This document shows positions 1 to 10,072 of a DNA stretch of 64,000 nucleotides, one piece after another (the first letter of the stretch is position 1; each line of letters starts with the position of its first letter). This stretch comes from an uncultured Alphaproteobacteria bacterium. Lineage in GTDB: Bacteria; Pseudomonadota; Alphaproteobacteria; Rhizobiales; Xanthobacteraceae. The DNA lies in assembly GCA_963767515.1 (NCBI GenBank), contig CAVYER010000006.1:52568-116567 (forward strand), in the 5' to 3' direction. Below the pieces are notes generated by a model that saw only the letters and a program-made list of their open reading frames with translations, was not told the origin of the DNA and searched no databases. The position numbers were made by a program, and so were the translations under genes.

Positions 1-80
1 AACTCGCCCGGGGACAAACCGGTTTCATCCCGAGGCCGGATTATTCGGCACTTATCCTTTAGTGGTCCGAGGAGGACATA

Positions 81-683
81 ATGACGTTCAAACTGCCCGA
101 CCTGCCATATTCCCACGATGCGCTCGCCCCCTACATGTCGCGCGAGACGCTCGAATATCACCACGACAAGCATCACAAGGCCTATGTCGACAACGGCAAC
201 AAGCTCCTGGAAGGCAGCGGGCTGGAAGGCAAGTCGCTCGAGGAGGTCGTGAAGGGTTCGTTCGGCAAGAATGCCGGGCTCTTCAACAATGCCGGCCAGC
301 ACTACAACCACACACATTTCTGGCAGTGGATGAAACCGAATGGCGGCGGCGACAAGATTCCCGGCAAGCTGAAGGCCAAGATCGACAGCGATCTCGGCGG
401 CGTCGCCAAGATGAAGGAAGATTTCACGCAGGCCGGCGTCACGCAATTCGGTTCCGGCTGGGCCTGGATCGCGGTCAAGGACGGCAAGTTGATCATCAGC
501 AAGACACCGAACGGCGAAAATCCGCTGGTGCACGGCGCCACGCCGATCCTCGGCTGCGACGTCTGGGAACATTCGTATTACATCGACTACCGCAACCGCC
601 GGCCTGATTATCTCAAGGCGTTCCTCGATCATCTGGTGAACTGGGAGCACGTCGAGGCCATGTTCGTCGCGGCGAGCAAGTAA
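81..683 (+). CDS. sodB: Fe/Mn superoxide dismutase, probably Fe-type
   Basis: LPY..DALAP, HHDKHH, FNNAGQHYNH, FGSGWAW and DVWEHSYY motifs; GGAGG RBS upstream. Confidence 0.95.
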   Translation: MTFKLPDLPYSHDALAPYMSRETLEYHHDKHHKAYVDNGNKLLEGSGLEGKSLEEVVKGSFGKNAGLFNNAGQHYNHTHFWQWMKPNGGGDKIPGKLKAKIDSDLGGVAKMKEDFTQAGVTQFGSGWAWIAVKDGKLIISKTPNGENPLVHGATPILGCDVWEHSYYIDYRNRRPDYLKAFLDHLVNWEHVEAMFVAASK

Positions 684-736
684 ACATCGCCAAAAAAATC
701 ACCAAGACGTCAACCGCATCCGCACGTCGGTCGGCA

Positions 737-2344
737 GTGACCCCTGCCGACCGATTTGCTGTCGACGGACTTGCTGTTTTTGTTCTCGCTATCGTCGCGA
801 TCATTGCGGCGATGACTTTCCGCGATTACGGCCTCGGCTGGGACGACTACACCCATTCGCAATACGGCGAACTGCTGCTCAAGCTTTACGGCTCCGGCTT
901 TACCGACGATCGCGCGCTGTCATTCGTCAATCTCTACAAATATGGCGGCGGCTTCGACATGGCGGCTGCGCTTGCCGCCAAGGTGCTGCCGTTCGACCTG
1001 TTCGAAACGCGCCGGCTGGTCGGCGCCGCCATCGGCATCATCGGCCTGATCGCGACCTGGCGCATCGGCCGCCGCATCGGCGGGCCGGTGGCCGGACTGG
1101 TGGCGCTGGTGCTGCTCGCGACCTGCCCGCTTTATTACGGCCACATGTTCATGAATGCGAAGGACGCGCCCTTCGCCGCCGCCATGGCGGTGCTGCTGCT
1201 CGGCCTGATGCGCGCATTCGATGAGTATCCGCAACCCGGCGCGCGCACGGTCGCGCTCGCTGGCATCGGCCTTGGCCTTGCCTTCGGTTCGCGCATTCTG
1301 GCCGGGATCGCGGCGCCCACCGCGCTCGCCGCGCTGCTGGTCATCGTGATCGGCGAAGCGCGCGTCTCCGGATTGCGGAAAGCCGCGACGCGGCTCGGCG
1401 AATTTATCTGGTGCCTGCTGCCGGCGCTGGCGCTCGGCTACCTGATCATGGGACTCTTGTGGCCATGGTCGATCGTGTCGCCGCTCAATCCGCTGCACGC
1501 CGCCGAATATTTCGACACGTTCTTCGAGAAACCATGGCGCGAACTATTCGCCGGCCAACTGATCCCCGTCACCGACATGCCGGTGCGCTATCTGCCGCAG
1601 CTGTTCGTGCTCAAGCTGCCGGAAATCATGACCGCGCTTGGCCTTGCCGGCGCCATCGGCGCGCTGGTGGCCATCACGCGGCCAAGCCTGGCGCTGACCC
1701 GCCGCGCCAATCTTCTGTTCGTGGTGCTGGCGGCATTTTTCCCGGTGGGGCTGGCGATGCTGGCGCACCCTGCCCTCTACAATGGCCTGCGCCATTTCGT
1801 GTTCGTGGTGCCGCCCTTCGCGGTACTCGGCGGCCTGGCCGGCGGCTGGCTGTTCGAGCAATCCCGCCCGATCACGGCGCGCGCCGCACTGGCGGCCGCG
1901 CTCATCGGCGGCGTCGCGCTGCCGGTGAGCGACATGGTGCGGCTGCATCCTTATCAATACACAGCCTTCAATTGGGCTTCCGGTGGCGTGCGCATGGCGC
2001 ACGACAACTACATGCTTGATTACTGGGGGCTGGCCTTCAAACAGGCCGGCGAGGCCTTGCGCGTGAAACTCGACGCCATGCATCTCAAGCCGCCGCGCGG
2101 CCGCCGCTGGACGGTGGAGATCTGCGGGCCGCAGCCGCCGGCGGAAGTGGCGCTCGGGCCCGATTTCGAAACCACGTGGGACCGCAAGCGCGCGGATTTC
2201 GCGATGATGCTCGGCACGTTTTATTGCCGCGACCTGAAGGCGCCGGTGCTGGTGGAGATCAAGCGCGAGGACGTCGATTATGCCCGCGTCTACGACATCC
2301 GCGGCCGCCCGGTGCCGAATTTGCTGACCGAGCCGCCGCCTTAG
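737..2344 (+). CDS. GT-C fold membrane glycosyltransferase (PMT_2/ArnT/GT39-like)
   Basis: Many TM helices, GWDD acidic motif after the first TM, YNGLRHF motif, periplasmic C-terminal domain. Confidence 0.75.
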   Translation: MTPADRFAVDGLAVFVLAIVAIIAAMTFRDYGLGWDDYTHSQYGELLLKLYGSGFTDDRALSFVNLYKYGGGFDMAAALAAKVLPFDLFETRRLVGAAIGIIGLIATWRIGRRIGGPVAGLVALVLLATCPLYYGHMFMNAKDAPFAAAMAVLLLGLMRAFDEYPQPGARTVALAGIGLGLAFGSRILAGIAAPTALAALLVIVIGEARVSGLRKAATRLGEFIWCLLPALALGYLIMGLLWPWSIVSPLNPLHAAEYFDTFFEKPWRELFAGQLIPVTDMPVRYLPQLFVLKLPEIMTALGLAGAIGALVAITRPSLALTRRANLLFVVLAAFFPVGLAMLAHPALYNGLRHFVFVVPPFAVLGGLAGGWLFEQSRPITARAALAAALIGGVALPVSDMVRLHPYQYTAFNWASGGVRMAHDNYMLDYWGLAFKQAGEALRVKLDAMHLKPPRGRRWTVEICGPQPPAEVALGPDFETTWDRKRADFAMMLGTFYCRDLKAPVLVEIKREDVDYARVYDIRGRPVPNLLTEPPP

Positions 2345-2376
2345 CGATCGGAGACATTCCGCGACACACCCCCAGG

Positions 2377-2563
2377 CGTCATGCGCGGGCTTGACCCGCG
2401 TTACGTTTCGTGTGGCACGGCCTCTCAACCGTCATGCCCGGGCTTGACCCGGGCATCCATAAGACACTTCCACATGCACAGTCGTACGTACGGCCCTTCC
2501 ACATTGCCACTCATCATGGATGCGCGGATCAAGTCCGCGCATGACGCTGAATGTGTGGCACGG
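2377..2563. repeat. REP/BIME-like cluster, family A (CGTC-type palindromes)
   Basis: gtcatgcgcgggcttgacccgcg (2378), gtcatgcccgggcttgacccgggcatccat (2431), inverted atggatgcgcggatcaagtccgcgcatgac (2516-2545); gtgtggcacgg occurs twice; between convergent genes. Confidence 0.9.
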
Positions 2564-2590
2564 ACACCGCCCATCATTTCGTTTCGTCAA

Positions 2591-2971
2591 TCACCGCCCC
2601 GCCTCGCGCAGCACCTCGGTCGCGATCGTGTGCGCCTCGTTGGCGGCCGGAATGCCGCAATACAACGTGAGCAGCAGCAGCACTTCCTGAATCTGCTCCG
2701 GCGTGCAGCCGTTCTTCAGCGCACCCTTGAGATGCACGCGCAACTCGTTGGGATGACCGGCCGCCGCCATCATTGCCACCATCGCCAGCGATTTCGTCGC
2801 CGGCGGCAAAGCCGAGCGCTGCCACACATCGCCGTAAGCATAGGCATTGATGATGTGCTGGAGCGGCTTGCCGAAATCGCCGAACGCATTCATGCGTTTC
2901 TCGACCGCTTCGCGGCCGAACATGTCGACGCGCAGCTTCAAGCCGCGTTCGTGAAGTTCTCTCTCGTCCAT
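2591..2971 (-). CDS. Carboxymuconolactone decarboxylase family protein
   Basis: AYGDVWQR, ELRVHLKGALKNG and YCGIPAA motifs. Confidence 0.9.
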   Translation of the reverse strand: MDERELHERGLKLRVDMFGREAVEKRMNAFGDFGKPLQHIINAYAYGDVWQRSALPPATKSLAMVAMMAAAGHPNELRVHLKGALKNGCTPEQIQEVLLLLTLYCGIPAANEAHTIATEVLREAGR

Positions 2972-3071
2972 CGTCGTTTCCTTTCCCGATTGCCGTTCGC
3001 GTCCGCGCCCGTCTAGAATGAACTATGACATATTTTTCTCAGCCGCCTGACCATCCGCCCAAGATCAAACC

Positions 3072-4049
3072 ATGATCAATGCCGCCGTGATCGGCCTCGG
3101 ACGCTGGGGCAAGAACATCGTCGAATCCGTGCAGGGCAAGAGCAAGCGCCTGCATTTCATCCGCGGGGTGAGCAAAGAGCCCGGGCTGGTCGCCGATTTT
3201 GCCAAGGCGAAAGGTTTCGAACTCTCCACCGATTTCGAGGAGACGATCGCCGATCCGCGCGTGCAGGCGGTGTTCCTGGCAACGCCGCATTCCCTGCATG
3301 TGCAGCAGATTTCCGCGGTGGCGGCCGCCGGCAAGCCGGTCTGGTCCGAAAAGCCGCTGGCGCTCACGCGCGCCGAGGCCACGTGCGCCGTCGCCGCGAC
3401 GCAAAAGGCCGGCGTCCCCTTCGCGCTCGGCAACAACAAGCGCTGCTTTTCCTCGATGCGCGAGCTCAAGCGCGTGGTGGCCGACGGCACCATCGGCGAG
3501 GTGATGCATATCGAAGGCAATTTCACCAACGAGCATTCCACGCGCGTGAAAGGCGGCTGGCGCGACGACCCGCGCGAATCCCCGGGCGGCGGCATGACCG
3601 GTGCCGGCCTGCATGTGATCGACGCGTTTGTGAATCTGGCCGGGCCGATCGCGGCCGCCGGCGGCCGGCTGTTTGCGCCGAAGGCGCCGCCGGACCCGCG
3701 CGACGCGGCCGCCGCGCTGTTTAAATTCGAAAGTGGCGCCACCGGCACCATGGCGACCGTGCGCGCCGCGCCGATGTACTGGCGCATCATGGTGTTCGGC
3801 ACCAAAGGCTGGGCGGAGGCGCGCGAGGAGACGACGCTGACCGTCGCCAAAGTCGGCGAGCAACCGGTAACGCAAGTATATCCGGCGGTCAACTCGCTGG
3901 GCGTGCTGCTGGAGGCCTTCGGCGAGACGATTGAAACCGGCAAGCCGTTTCCGGTCACGACCGACGACATGCTCGACGTTGCCGGCGCCTTCGAGGCGGT
4001 CATCCGCTCGATCGCGGAAGGCCGGCCGATCCCGGTAACGCGCGGCTAG
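3072..4049 (+). CDS. Gfo/Idh/MocA family oxidoreductase
   Basis: GLGRWG Rossmann motif, ATPHSLH, EKPLA, GGG..G.H.ID. Confidence 0.92.
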   Translation: MINAAVIGLGRWGKNIVESVQGKSKRLHFIRGVSKEPGLVADFAKAKGFELSTDFEETIADPRVQAVFLATPHSLHVQQISAVAAAGKPVWSEKPLALTRAEATCAVAATQKAGVPFALGNNKRCFSSMRELKRVVADGTIGEVMHIEGNFTNEHSTRVKGGWRDDPRESPGGGMTGAGLHVIDAFVNLAGPIAAAGGRLFAPKAPPDPRDAAAALFKFESGATGTMATVRAAPMYWRIMVFGTKGWAEAREETTLTVAKVGEQPVTQVYPAVNSLGVLLEAFGETIETGKPFPVTTDDMLDVAGAFEAVIRSIAEGRPIPVTRG

Positions 4050-4052
4050 AAG

Positions 4053-5018
4053 CTACTGCTTGTCGATGCCGGCGGCTTCGCGCACCGCATCCCATCGCTT
4101 GTATTCGCTCGTCATGAAATCGCCGAAGGCCTGCGGCGTCGACGCCTTGACGATGACGCCGGCCGTTTCCAGGCGCTTGCGCACCGTGTCATCGGCGAGG
4201 CTCTCGTTGAGCACCTTGTTCAGCTTGGCAATCACCGGCGCGGGCGTGCCGCGCGGCGCGAACAGGCCGTACCAGGTGGTCACGTCGTAACCCGGCAGCA
4301 CGCCGGATTCACTCGCCGCCGGAATATTCGGCACTGCCGGAAAGCGGTCCTTGCCGGTAACAGCAAGCGCCTTGAGCTGGCCCGACTGCACCTGCCCGAT
4401 CAGCGCCGACACCGTGTCGAACAGCACGTCGGCATGTTTGCCGAGCACGGCGTTGATGGCTTCCGGCGAGGTCTTGAACGGCACATGCAGCAAATTCACC
4501 TTGGCGGTCTGCTTGAACATCTCGCCGGCGAAATGCTGGGTGGCGGCAAAGCCGGGGCTCGCGAACACGATCTTGCCGGGATCGGCCTTGGCGGCCTCGA
4601 CCAGCTCCTTCACGCTGTTCGCGGGGAAATCGGGACGCGTCACGATCAACAGGCTGGCGGTGGCAATCTGGCCGACCGGCGCAAAGGCCGTCAGCGTGTT
4701 GTAGCGCATGGTCTTGCGCGTGACGGCGGCGATGATCTGGCCGGCAGTCATGATGCCGAGCGTGTAGCCATCGGCCGCAGCGCTTGCGACCACTTCATTG
4801 CCGATGATGCCGCCGGCGCCGGGCTTGTTTTCAACCACCACCGGCTTGCCGAGCTTGCTCTGCATCGAATCCGCCAGGATGCGGCCGATGATGTCGGCGC
4901 CGCCGCCGGGCCCGAACGACACGATGATGCGGATCGGCTGCTGCGGCCAATCCTGCGCCGCCGCCGGCTGCGCAAGTCCTGCGGCGATTGCCGCGACTGC
5001 CGCGATGAATATTCTCAT
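4053..5018 (-). CDS. Bug/TctC tripartite tricarboxylate transporter substrate-binding protein
   Basis: Signal peptide, PGGGADIIGR, VVENKPGAGG, WYGLFAPRGTP. Confidence 0.93.
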   Translation of the reverse strand: MRIFIAAVAAIAAGLAQPAAAQDWPQQPIRIIVSFGPGGGADIIGRILADSMQSKLGKPVVVENKPGAGGIIGNEVVASAAADGYTLGIMTAGQIIAAVTRKTMRYNTLTAFAPVGQIATASLLIVTRPDFPANSVKELVEAAKADPGKIVFASPGFAATQHFAGEMFKQTAKVNLLHVPFKTSPEAINAVLGKHADVLFDTVSALIGQVQSGQLKALAVTGKDRFPAVPNIPAASESGVLPGYDVTTWYGLFAPRGTPAPVIAKLNKVLNESLADDTVRKRLETAGVIVKASTPQAFGDFMTSEYKRWDAVREAAGIDKQ

Positions 5019-5032
5019 GAGCACCCTCCCCT

Positions 5033-5932
5033 TCACGCCTTTTTACCTCGGCGGCGCACTTCCTGGATGATCGCGCTGTTGTCGAGATCGGCTTCACCGG
5101 CGCGCACGCACGCCTCCAGCACGTCGACATGCACTTCCAGCGTCGACAGTTTCTGTCCGACGGCGGCGGCCTGATCGAGCATCAGGTGCGCGTCTTTCAG
5201 CGTCTGCTTGACGCGGCCCTCCGGCGAAAAATCACCGCGCACCATTTTCGGCCCCTTGGTGTCCATCACCTGCGAATAAGACGCAGATCCCCGCGCCACC
5301 TCGAGAAAGGCGGCGGGATTGAGCCCGAGCCGCTCGGCAAAGACCAGGCCTTCAGCCAAAGCGAGACGATTGAGACCGAGGATCAGATTGACCGCGAGCT
5401 TGGTGCGGCCGCCGTCGCCCACTTTGCCGACGTGAAAGCGGCGGACAAACAGCGCGTCCAGCACATCCGTGACGTTGTTGACGATGGTGACGTCGCCGCC
5501 GATCAGCGCCACGCCGTCGCCGCGCCGCACCTGGTCGCTGGTGCCCGACACCGGCACATCGAGATAGCGGATGCCGCGCGGAATAACGCGGGCGGCAAGC
5601 GCCGCAACGCGGTCGGGATCAACCGTGCTCATGCACAGCACGATCTTGTTGGAGCCCTCGCCCAGCGCCGGCAGCAGATGGTTCTCGACGACGTCCTCGA
5701 CCTGCTCGGTATTGAACACGGCAATGATGATGCAGCGCGCAAGCTTGGCAAGCGCGCCAATCGACTCCGCCGGCTTGCCGCCGATCAAAGCAAGCCGCGA
5801 GCGCCGCGCGGCATCGATATCGAAGCCAATGACCGGAATTTTCGCGTCGAGCAGACGCTTGGCGTAAACCTCGCCCATCAGCCCAAGACCGATAATGGCG
5901 ACGGGACCTTGGTCACCTTGGCGCTCAGCCAT
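5033..5932 (-). CDS. 3-hydroxyisobutyrate dehydrogenase / beta-hydroxyacid dehydrogenase family
   Basis: GLGLMG, DVPVSG, KLAVN, KDAHL motifs. Confidence 0.9.
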   Translation of the reverse strand: MAERQGDQGPVAIIGLGLMGEVYAKRLLDAKIPVIGFDIDAARRSRLALIGGKPAESIGALAKLARCIIIAVFNTEQVEDVVENHLLPALGEGSNKIVLCMSTVDPDRVAALAARVIPRGIRYLDVPVSGTSDQVRRGDGVALIGGDVTIVNNVTDVLDALFVRRFHVGKVGDGGRTKLAVNLILGLNRLALAEGLVFAERLGLNPAAFLEVARGSASYSQVMDTKGPKMVRGDFSPEGRVKQTLKDAHLMLDQAAAVGQKLSTLEVHVDVLEACVRAGEADLDNSAIIQEVRRRGKKA

Positions 5933-6785
5933 GCGCATAGTCCCAATAGAGCTCGCGCGCCTTGCGATAAAGCGGGCCCGGCTGCAACGAACGCTCGTCG
6001 ATGCGGTTGACCGGCATCACCTTGGAATAATTGCCGGACGAAAAAATCTCGTCGGCATTCTGCACGTCGCGGAAGCTCAACGTGGTTTCGACCACGCTCA
6101 CGCCGGCCTCGCGCAGCAACCGGATCACGCGCTGGCGGGTGATGCCGTTGAGAAACGTGCCGTTGACCGCCGGCGTATAGACCACGCCGTCCTTGCCGAT
6201 GAACAGATTGGCGGTAGCGAGCTCCGCAACATTGCCAATGAGATCGAGCATCACGCAATTGCCGAAGCCGCGCGAATTGGCCTCGATCAACGCGCGTGCA
6301 TTGTTCGGATAAAGACAGCCGGCCTTGGCGTCGACCGGCATGCATTCCAGACTCGGCTTGCGATAGGGCGACAGCGTGATCGAAAAACCTTCCGGCTTGC
6401 GCATCGGCGCCTCGTAAAGGCTGAGGCACCATTTGGTCGATTCCGGATCGGGCGCCACCAGCAGCGCGCCGCTGTGTTCGGCCCAGTACATCGGACGAAC
6501 GTAGAGCGCGGCATCCTTGGCGAAGCGCTTGATGCCGTCCTGCGTCAGTCCCAGCCATTTGTCGGCCGATACAACAGGCTTGAGATGCATGGTTTCCGCC
6601 GAGGCATTCACGCGCGCGCAATGCAGATCGAGATCGGGCGACACGCCCTCGAACGTGCGGGCGCCGTCAAACACCGACGAGCACAGCCAGACGGCGTGAT
6701 CGCGCACGCCCATAATTGGCACATTACCCTCGTGCCAATCGCCTTCGTAGAAGGTCCAGGTCTTCGACCAGTTCGGTCCCGGCAT
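5925..6785 (-). CDS. Class IV PLP aminotransferase (branched-chain amino acid aminotransferase family)
   Basis: VFDGAR, YVRP, AKAGCLY, ELATANLF, LNGITR. Confidence 0.92.
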   Translation of the reverse strand: MPGPNWSKTWTFYEGDWHEGNVPIMGVRDHAVWLCSSVFDGARTFEGVSPDLDLHCARVNASAETMHLKPVVSADKWLGLTQDGIKRFAKDAALYVRPMYWAEHSGALLVAPDPESTKWCLSLYEAPMRKPEGFSITLSPYRKPSLECMPVDAKAGCLYPNNARALIEANSRGFGNCVMLDLIGNVAELATANLFIGKDGVVYTPAVNGTFLNGITRQRVIRLLREAGVSVVETTLSFRDVQNADEIFSSGNYSKVMPVNRIDERSLQPGPLYRKARELYWDYAHG

Positions 6786-6802
6786 TAAGATTCTCCACTA
6801 CC

Positions 6803-6892
6803 TGTCATGCGCGGGCTTGACCCGCGCATCCATGATGCGCTTCCACTTGCGGGAAGACTTCATGGATTGCCGGGTCAAGCCCGGCAATGACG
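6803..6892. repeat. REP pair, family A
   Basis: gtcatgcgcgggcttgacccgcgcatccat (6804-6833) and inverted atggattgccgggtcaagcccggcaatgac (6862-6891). Confidence 0.9.
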
Positions 6893-6959
6893 CGTTTGTG
6901 GCGCGATCTTATGTCACCACCCATGTAAAAGACCATGGAATCCTTGTTGGGAGGAATTG

Positions 6960-7616
6960 ATGTCCGTCTTCGTTTTCGATGCCTATGGCACGCTGTTCGA
7001 TGTGCACGCGGCGATTGCGCGCCACCGCGCCGAGGCCGGCCCCGATGCCGACCGCATGTCGGAGATCTGGCGCAGCAAGCAGCTCGAATATAGCTGGACG
7101 CTGACGCTGGCCGGCCGCTACCGCGATTTCTGGACGCTCACCCAGCGCGCGCTCGACTTCGCGCTGGCGCGCGTGCCGTCGGTGCCGAAATCGCTCAGGC
7201 CGAAGCTGCTCGACGCCTATTTCAAGCTCGATGCCTTCCCGGACGCGCGCGCCATTCTGCGCACACTCAAGAGCCGGGGGCACAAGACCGGCATTCTCTC
7301 CAACGGCTCGCCCGACATGCTCAAGAGCGCGGTGGACGGCGCCGCGATCGGCGGCGATCTCGATGGCGTGCTGTCGGTGGATGTACTGAAAATGTTCAAG
7401 CCGCGGCCGGAGGTCTACGCCCTCGTCACCGAGCACTTCAAATGCAAGCCCGGCGAGGTGACGTTCGTGTCATCCAACCGCTGGGACGTGATGGCCGGGA
7501 CCTCGGTCGGTTTCCGCACGTGCTGGATCAACCGCGCGAAGATGCCGGACGAATATGCCGACTTCCCGCCGGCACAGACGCTGAGCGACCTGAGCGGGCT
7601 GGTGCACAGCGTCTAA
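6960..7616 (+). CDS. L-2-haloacid dehalogenase (HAD type II)
   Basis: [32 protein letters not shown]; GGAGG RBS. Confidence 0.92.
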   Translation: MSVFVFDAYGTLFDVHAAIARHRAEAGPDADRMSEIWRSKQLEYSWTLTLAGRYRDFWTLTQRALDFALARVPSVPKSLRPKLLDAYFKLDAFPDARAILRTLKSRGHKTGILSNGSPDMLKSAVDGAAIGGDLDGVLSVDVLKMFKPRPEVYALVTEHFKCKPGEVTFVSSNRWDVMAGTSVGFRTCWINRAKMPDEYADFPPAQTLSDLSGLVHSV

Positions 7617-7698
7617 CACTTTCGTCGCATCGTCCGGACTGGCGCTGCCGGGTTCCACGGACTATATGGCGGCTGCGTCCAGCCACCATTGCCTCCTC

Positions 7699-8634
7699 AT
7701 GCAGCCCATCATCTCCGTCAAAAATCTGTCGAAAAGCTACGCGTCCGGCTTCCGGGCGCTCAAGGACATCAATCTCGACATCCGCCGCGGGGAGATTTTC
7801 GCGCTGCTCGGGCCGAATGGCGCCGGCAAGACCACGCTCATCGGCATCATTTGCGGCATCGTCAATCCGAGCGAAGGCACGGTCACGGTCGACGGTCACG
7901 ACATCATCACCGACTACCGCGCGGCGCGCGCGCAGATCGGGCTGGTGCCGCAGGAAATCATGATGGCGCCGTTCGAAACCGTCTGGGCGGGGATCACGAT
8001 GTCGCGCGGGCTTTTCAACAAGCCGAAGAACCCGGCCTATCTCGAAAAAGTGCTCAAAGACCTGTCGCTGTGGGATAAGCGCCACGCCAAGATCGTGGAA
8101 CTATCCGGCGGCATGAAGCGGCGCGTTCTGATCGCCAAGGCGCTTTCCCACGAGCCGACGATCCTGTTCCTCGACGAGCCGACGGCGGGCGTCGACGTCG
8201 AACTGCGCAAGGACATGTGGGACGCGGTGCGGACATTGCGCGCCGCGGGCGTCACCATCATCCTGACCACTCACTACATCGAGGAAGCTGAAGAGATGGC
8301 TGACCGCGTCGGCGTCATCAACAAGGGCGAGATGATTCTGGTCGAGAAGAAGGCCGAGCTGATGCGCAAGCTCGGCAAGAAGCGCCTCGTGCTCCAGGTC
8401 GTCGACAAGCTCGCCGCGGTCCCAACCGGCCTTTCCGCCGTCAACCTTACGATCGGCGGCGACGGCCACGAACTGATCTACGACTACGACACGAGGGCCG
8501 AGCAAAACGGCGTCGCCACGCTGCTTGGCGAGCTGAGCAAGGCCGGCGTGCGCATTCGCGACCTGCACACCGACCAGTCCTCGCTCGAGGAGATATTCGT
8601 CGGCCTCGTCACCGAACCGCGGAGCGCGCCATGA
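7699..8634 (+). CDS. ABC-2 exporter ATP-binding protein (YadG-like)
   Basis: [25 protein letters not shown]. Confidence 0.92.
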   Translation: MQPIISVKNLSKSYASGFRALKDINLDIRRGEIFALLGPNGAGKTTLIGIICGIVNPSEGTVTVDGHDIITDYRAARAQIGLVPQEIMMAPFETVWAGITMSRGLFNKPKNPAYLEKVLKDLSLWDKRHAKIVELSGGMKRRVLIAKALSHEPTILFLDEPTAGVDVELRKDMWDAVRTLRAAGVTIILTTHYIEEAEEMADRVGVINKGEMILVEKKAELMRKLGKKRLVLQVVDKLAAVPTGLSAVNLTIGGDGHELIYDYDTRAEQNGVATLLGELSKAGVRIRDLHTDQSSLEEIFVGLVTEPRSAP

Positions 8635-9392
8635 ACCTTCGCGCCGTCGCCGCGATCTACAAGACGGAAATGATGCGGACCGGCCGCACGCTGGCGCAGA
8701 GCATCGTGTCTCCTGTCATCTCGACCGCGCTTTATTTCGTCGTGTTCGGCGCGGCGATCGGCTCGCGCATCTCGCAGATCGAAGGCGTGAACTACGGCTC
8801 GTTCATCGTGCCGGGGCTGATCATGCTGACGCTACTGACGCAGAGCGTGATGAACGCCTCATTCGGCATCTACTTCCCGCGGTTCATCGGCACCATCTAT
8901 GAGCTGTTGTCGGCGCCGGTCTCCTTTTTTGAAATCACGCTCGGCTTCGTCGGCGCGGCGGCGACGAAGTCCATCATCCTGGGCGTCGTCATCCTGGCGA
9001 CCTCCTTTCTGTTCGTCCCGCTGCACATCGCGCATCCCTTCTGGATGATCACCTTCATGGTGCTGACCTCGGTCACATTCAGCCTGCTCGGCTTCATCAT
9101 CGGCATCTGGGCGGACGGATTCGAGAAGCTGCAGATCGTGCCGCTGCTGATCATCACGCCGCTGACCTTCCTCGGCGGCACCTTCTATTCGACCAGCGTG
9201 CTGCCGCCGCTGTGGCAGACCGTCACCTTGTTCAATCCGGTCGTCTACCTCGTCAGCGGCTTCCGCTGGAGCTTCTTCGAAATCGCCGACGTTCACATCG
9301 TGACCAGCGTGGTGATGACTTTGGTCTTCCTCGGGCTCTGCCTCGGCGTGATCTGGTGGATCTTCCGGACCGGCTACAAGCTCAAAAAGTAG
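8631..9392 (+). CDS. ABC-2 exporter permease (YadH-like)
   Basis: About six TMs, [27 protein letters not shown]; ATGA overlap with the ATPase. Confidence 0.92.
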   Translation: MNLRAVAAIYKTEMMRTGRTLAQSIVSPVISTALYFVVFGAAIGSRISQIEGVNYGSFIVPGLIMLTLLTQSVMNASFGIYFPRFIGTIYELLSAPVSFFEITLGFVGAAATKSIILGVVILATSFLFVPLHIAHPFWMITFMVLTSVTFSLLGFIIGIWADGFEKLQIVPLLIITPLTFLGGTFYSTSVLPPLWQTVTLFNPVVYLVSGFRWSFFEIADVHIVTSVVMTLVFLGLCLGVIWWIFRTGYKLKK

Positions 9393-9498
9393 CCTCAAAT
9401 TTCCGTGCCCCGGTAACGTTCCCTTGCAATAAGCGGCCAATCTCGGGGTATGTTCATGCGGGCTGTCGGCCCAAAAAACATCCCAGGGAGGCTTTCGC

Positions 9499-9990
9499 AT
9501 GTCGTCGATTTGGAAATCCGTTGCAGGCTTGGCGCTCACCGCGGCGCTGTCGGCACCCGCCAGCGCGCAGGGCGTCGTCACGCAAAAGAATGTTTCGCTC
9601 GCGCTCGCGCAGGCAATCGCCCAAGGGGCGCTCGACAAGTGCGTCAGCATGGGATTCAAAGTGTCGGTCTCGGTGCTTGACCGCGACGGCCTGCAAGTCG
9701 TCATGCTCCGCGGCGATGGCGCCGGATTACACACGCCGGAAGGCAGCGACCGGAAAGCCTACACCGCGCGCGCCTATAGCGCGCCATCGGCCAATTTCGC
9801 CAAGCGCGTGACCACCGAAGCCAATTACGCACCGGCAATTCAGTACAATCGCATGCTGGCGCTGGCCGGTGGCCTGCCGATCAAGGTCGGCAACGAAGTC
9901 ATCGGCGCCGTCGGCGTGTCCGGTTCGCCCGGCAAAGACGACGACTGCTCGCAGGCCGGCATCGACAAGGTCGCCGATCGGTTAAAGTGA
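9499..9990 (+). CDS. Secreted GlcG/HbpS family heme-binding protein
   Basis: Signal peptide, KAYTA, GGLPI...IGAVGVSG...DD. Confidence 0.88.
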   Translation: MSSIWKSVAGLALTAALSAPASAQGVVTQKNVSLALAQAIAQGALDKCVSMGFKVSVSVLDRDGLQVVMLRGDGAGLHTPEGSDRKAYTARAYSAPSANFAKRVTTEANYAPAIQYNRMLALAGGLPIKVGNEVIGAVGVSGSPGKDDDCSQAGIDKVADRLK

Positions 9991-9993
9991 TCT

Positions 9994-10068
9994 CCGCTCA
10001 TTCCCGTGCGAGCAAGGAACCCAGCGTTCTTTGCGCTGGGTCCACGCTTCCGCGGGGACGAGCGGGTA
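9994..10068. repeat. REP pair, family B
   Basis: ccgctcattcccgtgcgagcaaggaacccag and ctgggtccacgcttccgcggggacgagcgg; an inverted copy of the element at 51749-51845. Confidence 0.85.
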
Positions 10069-10072
10069 AAGC

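Noticed and set aside
2381-3016. 211-aa plus-strand ORF
   Set aside because: Made of REP sequence plus the antisense of the CMD gene.
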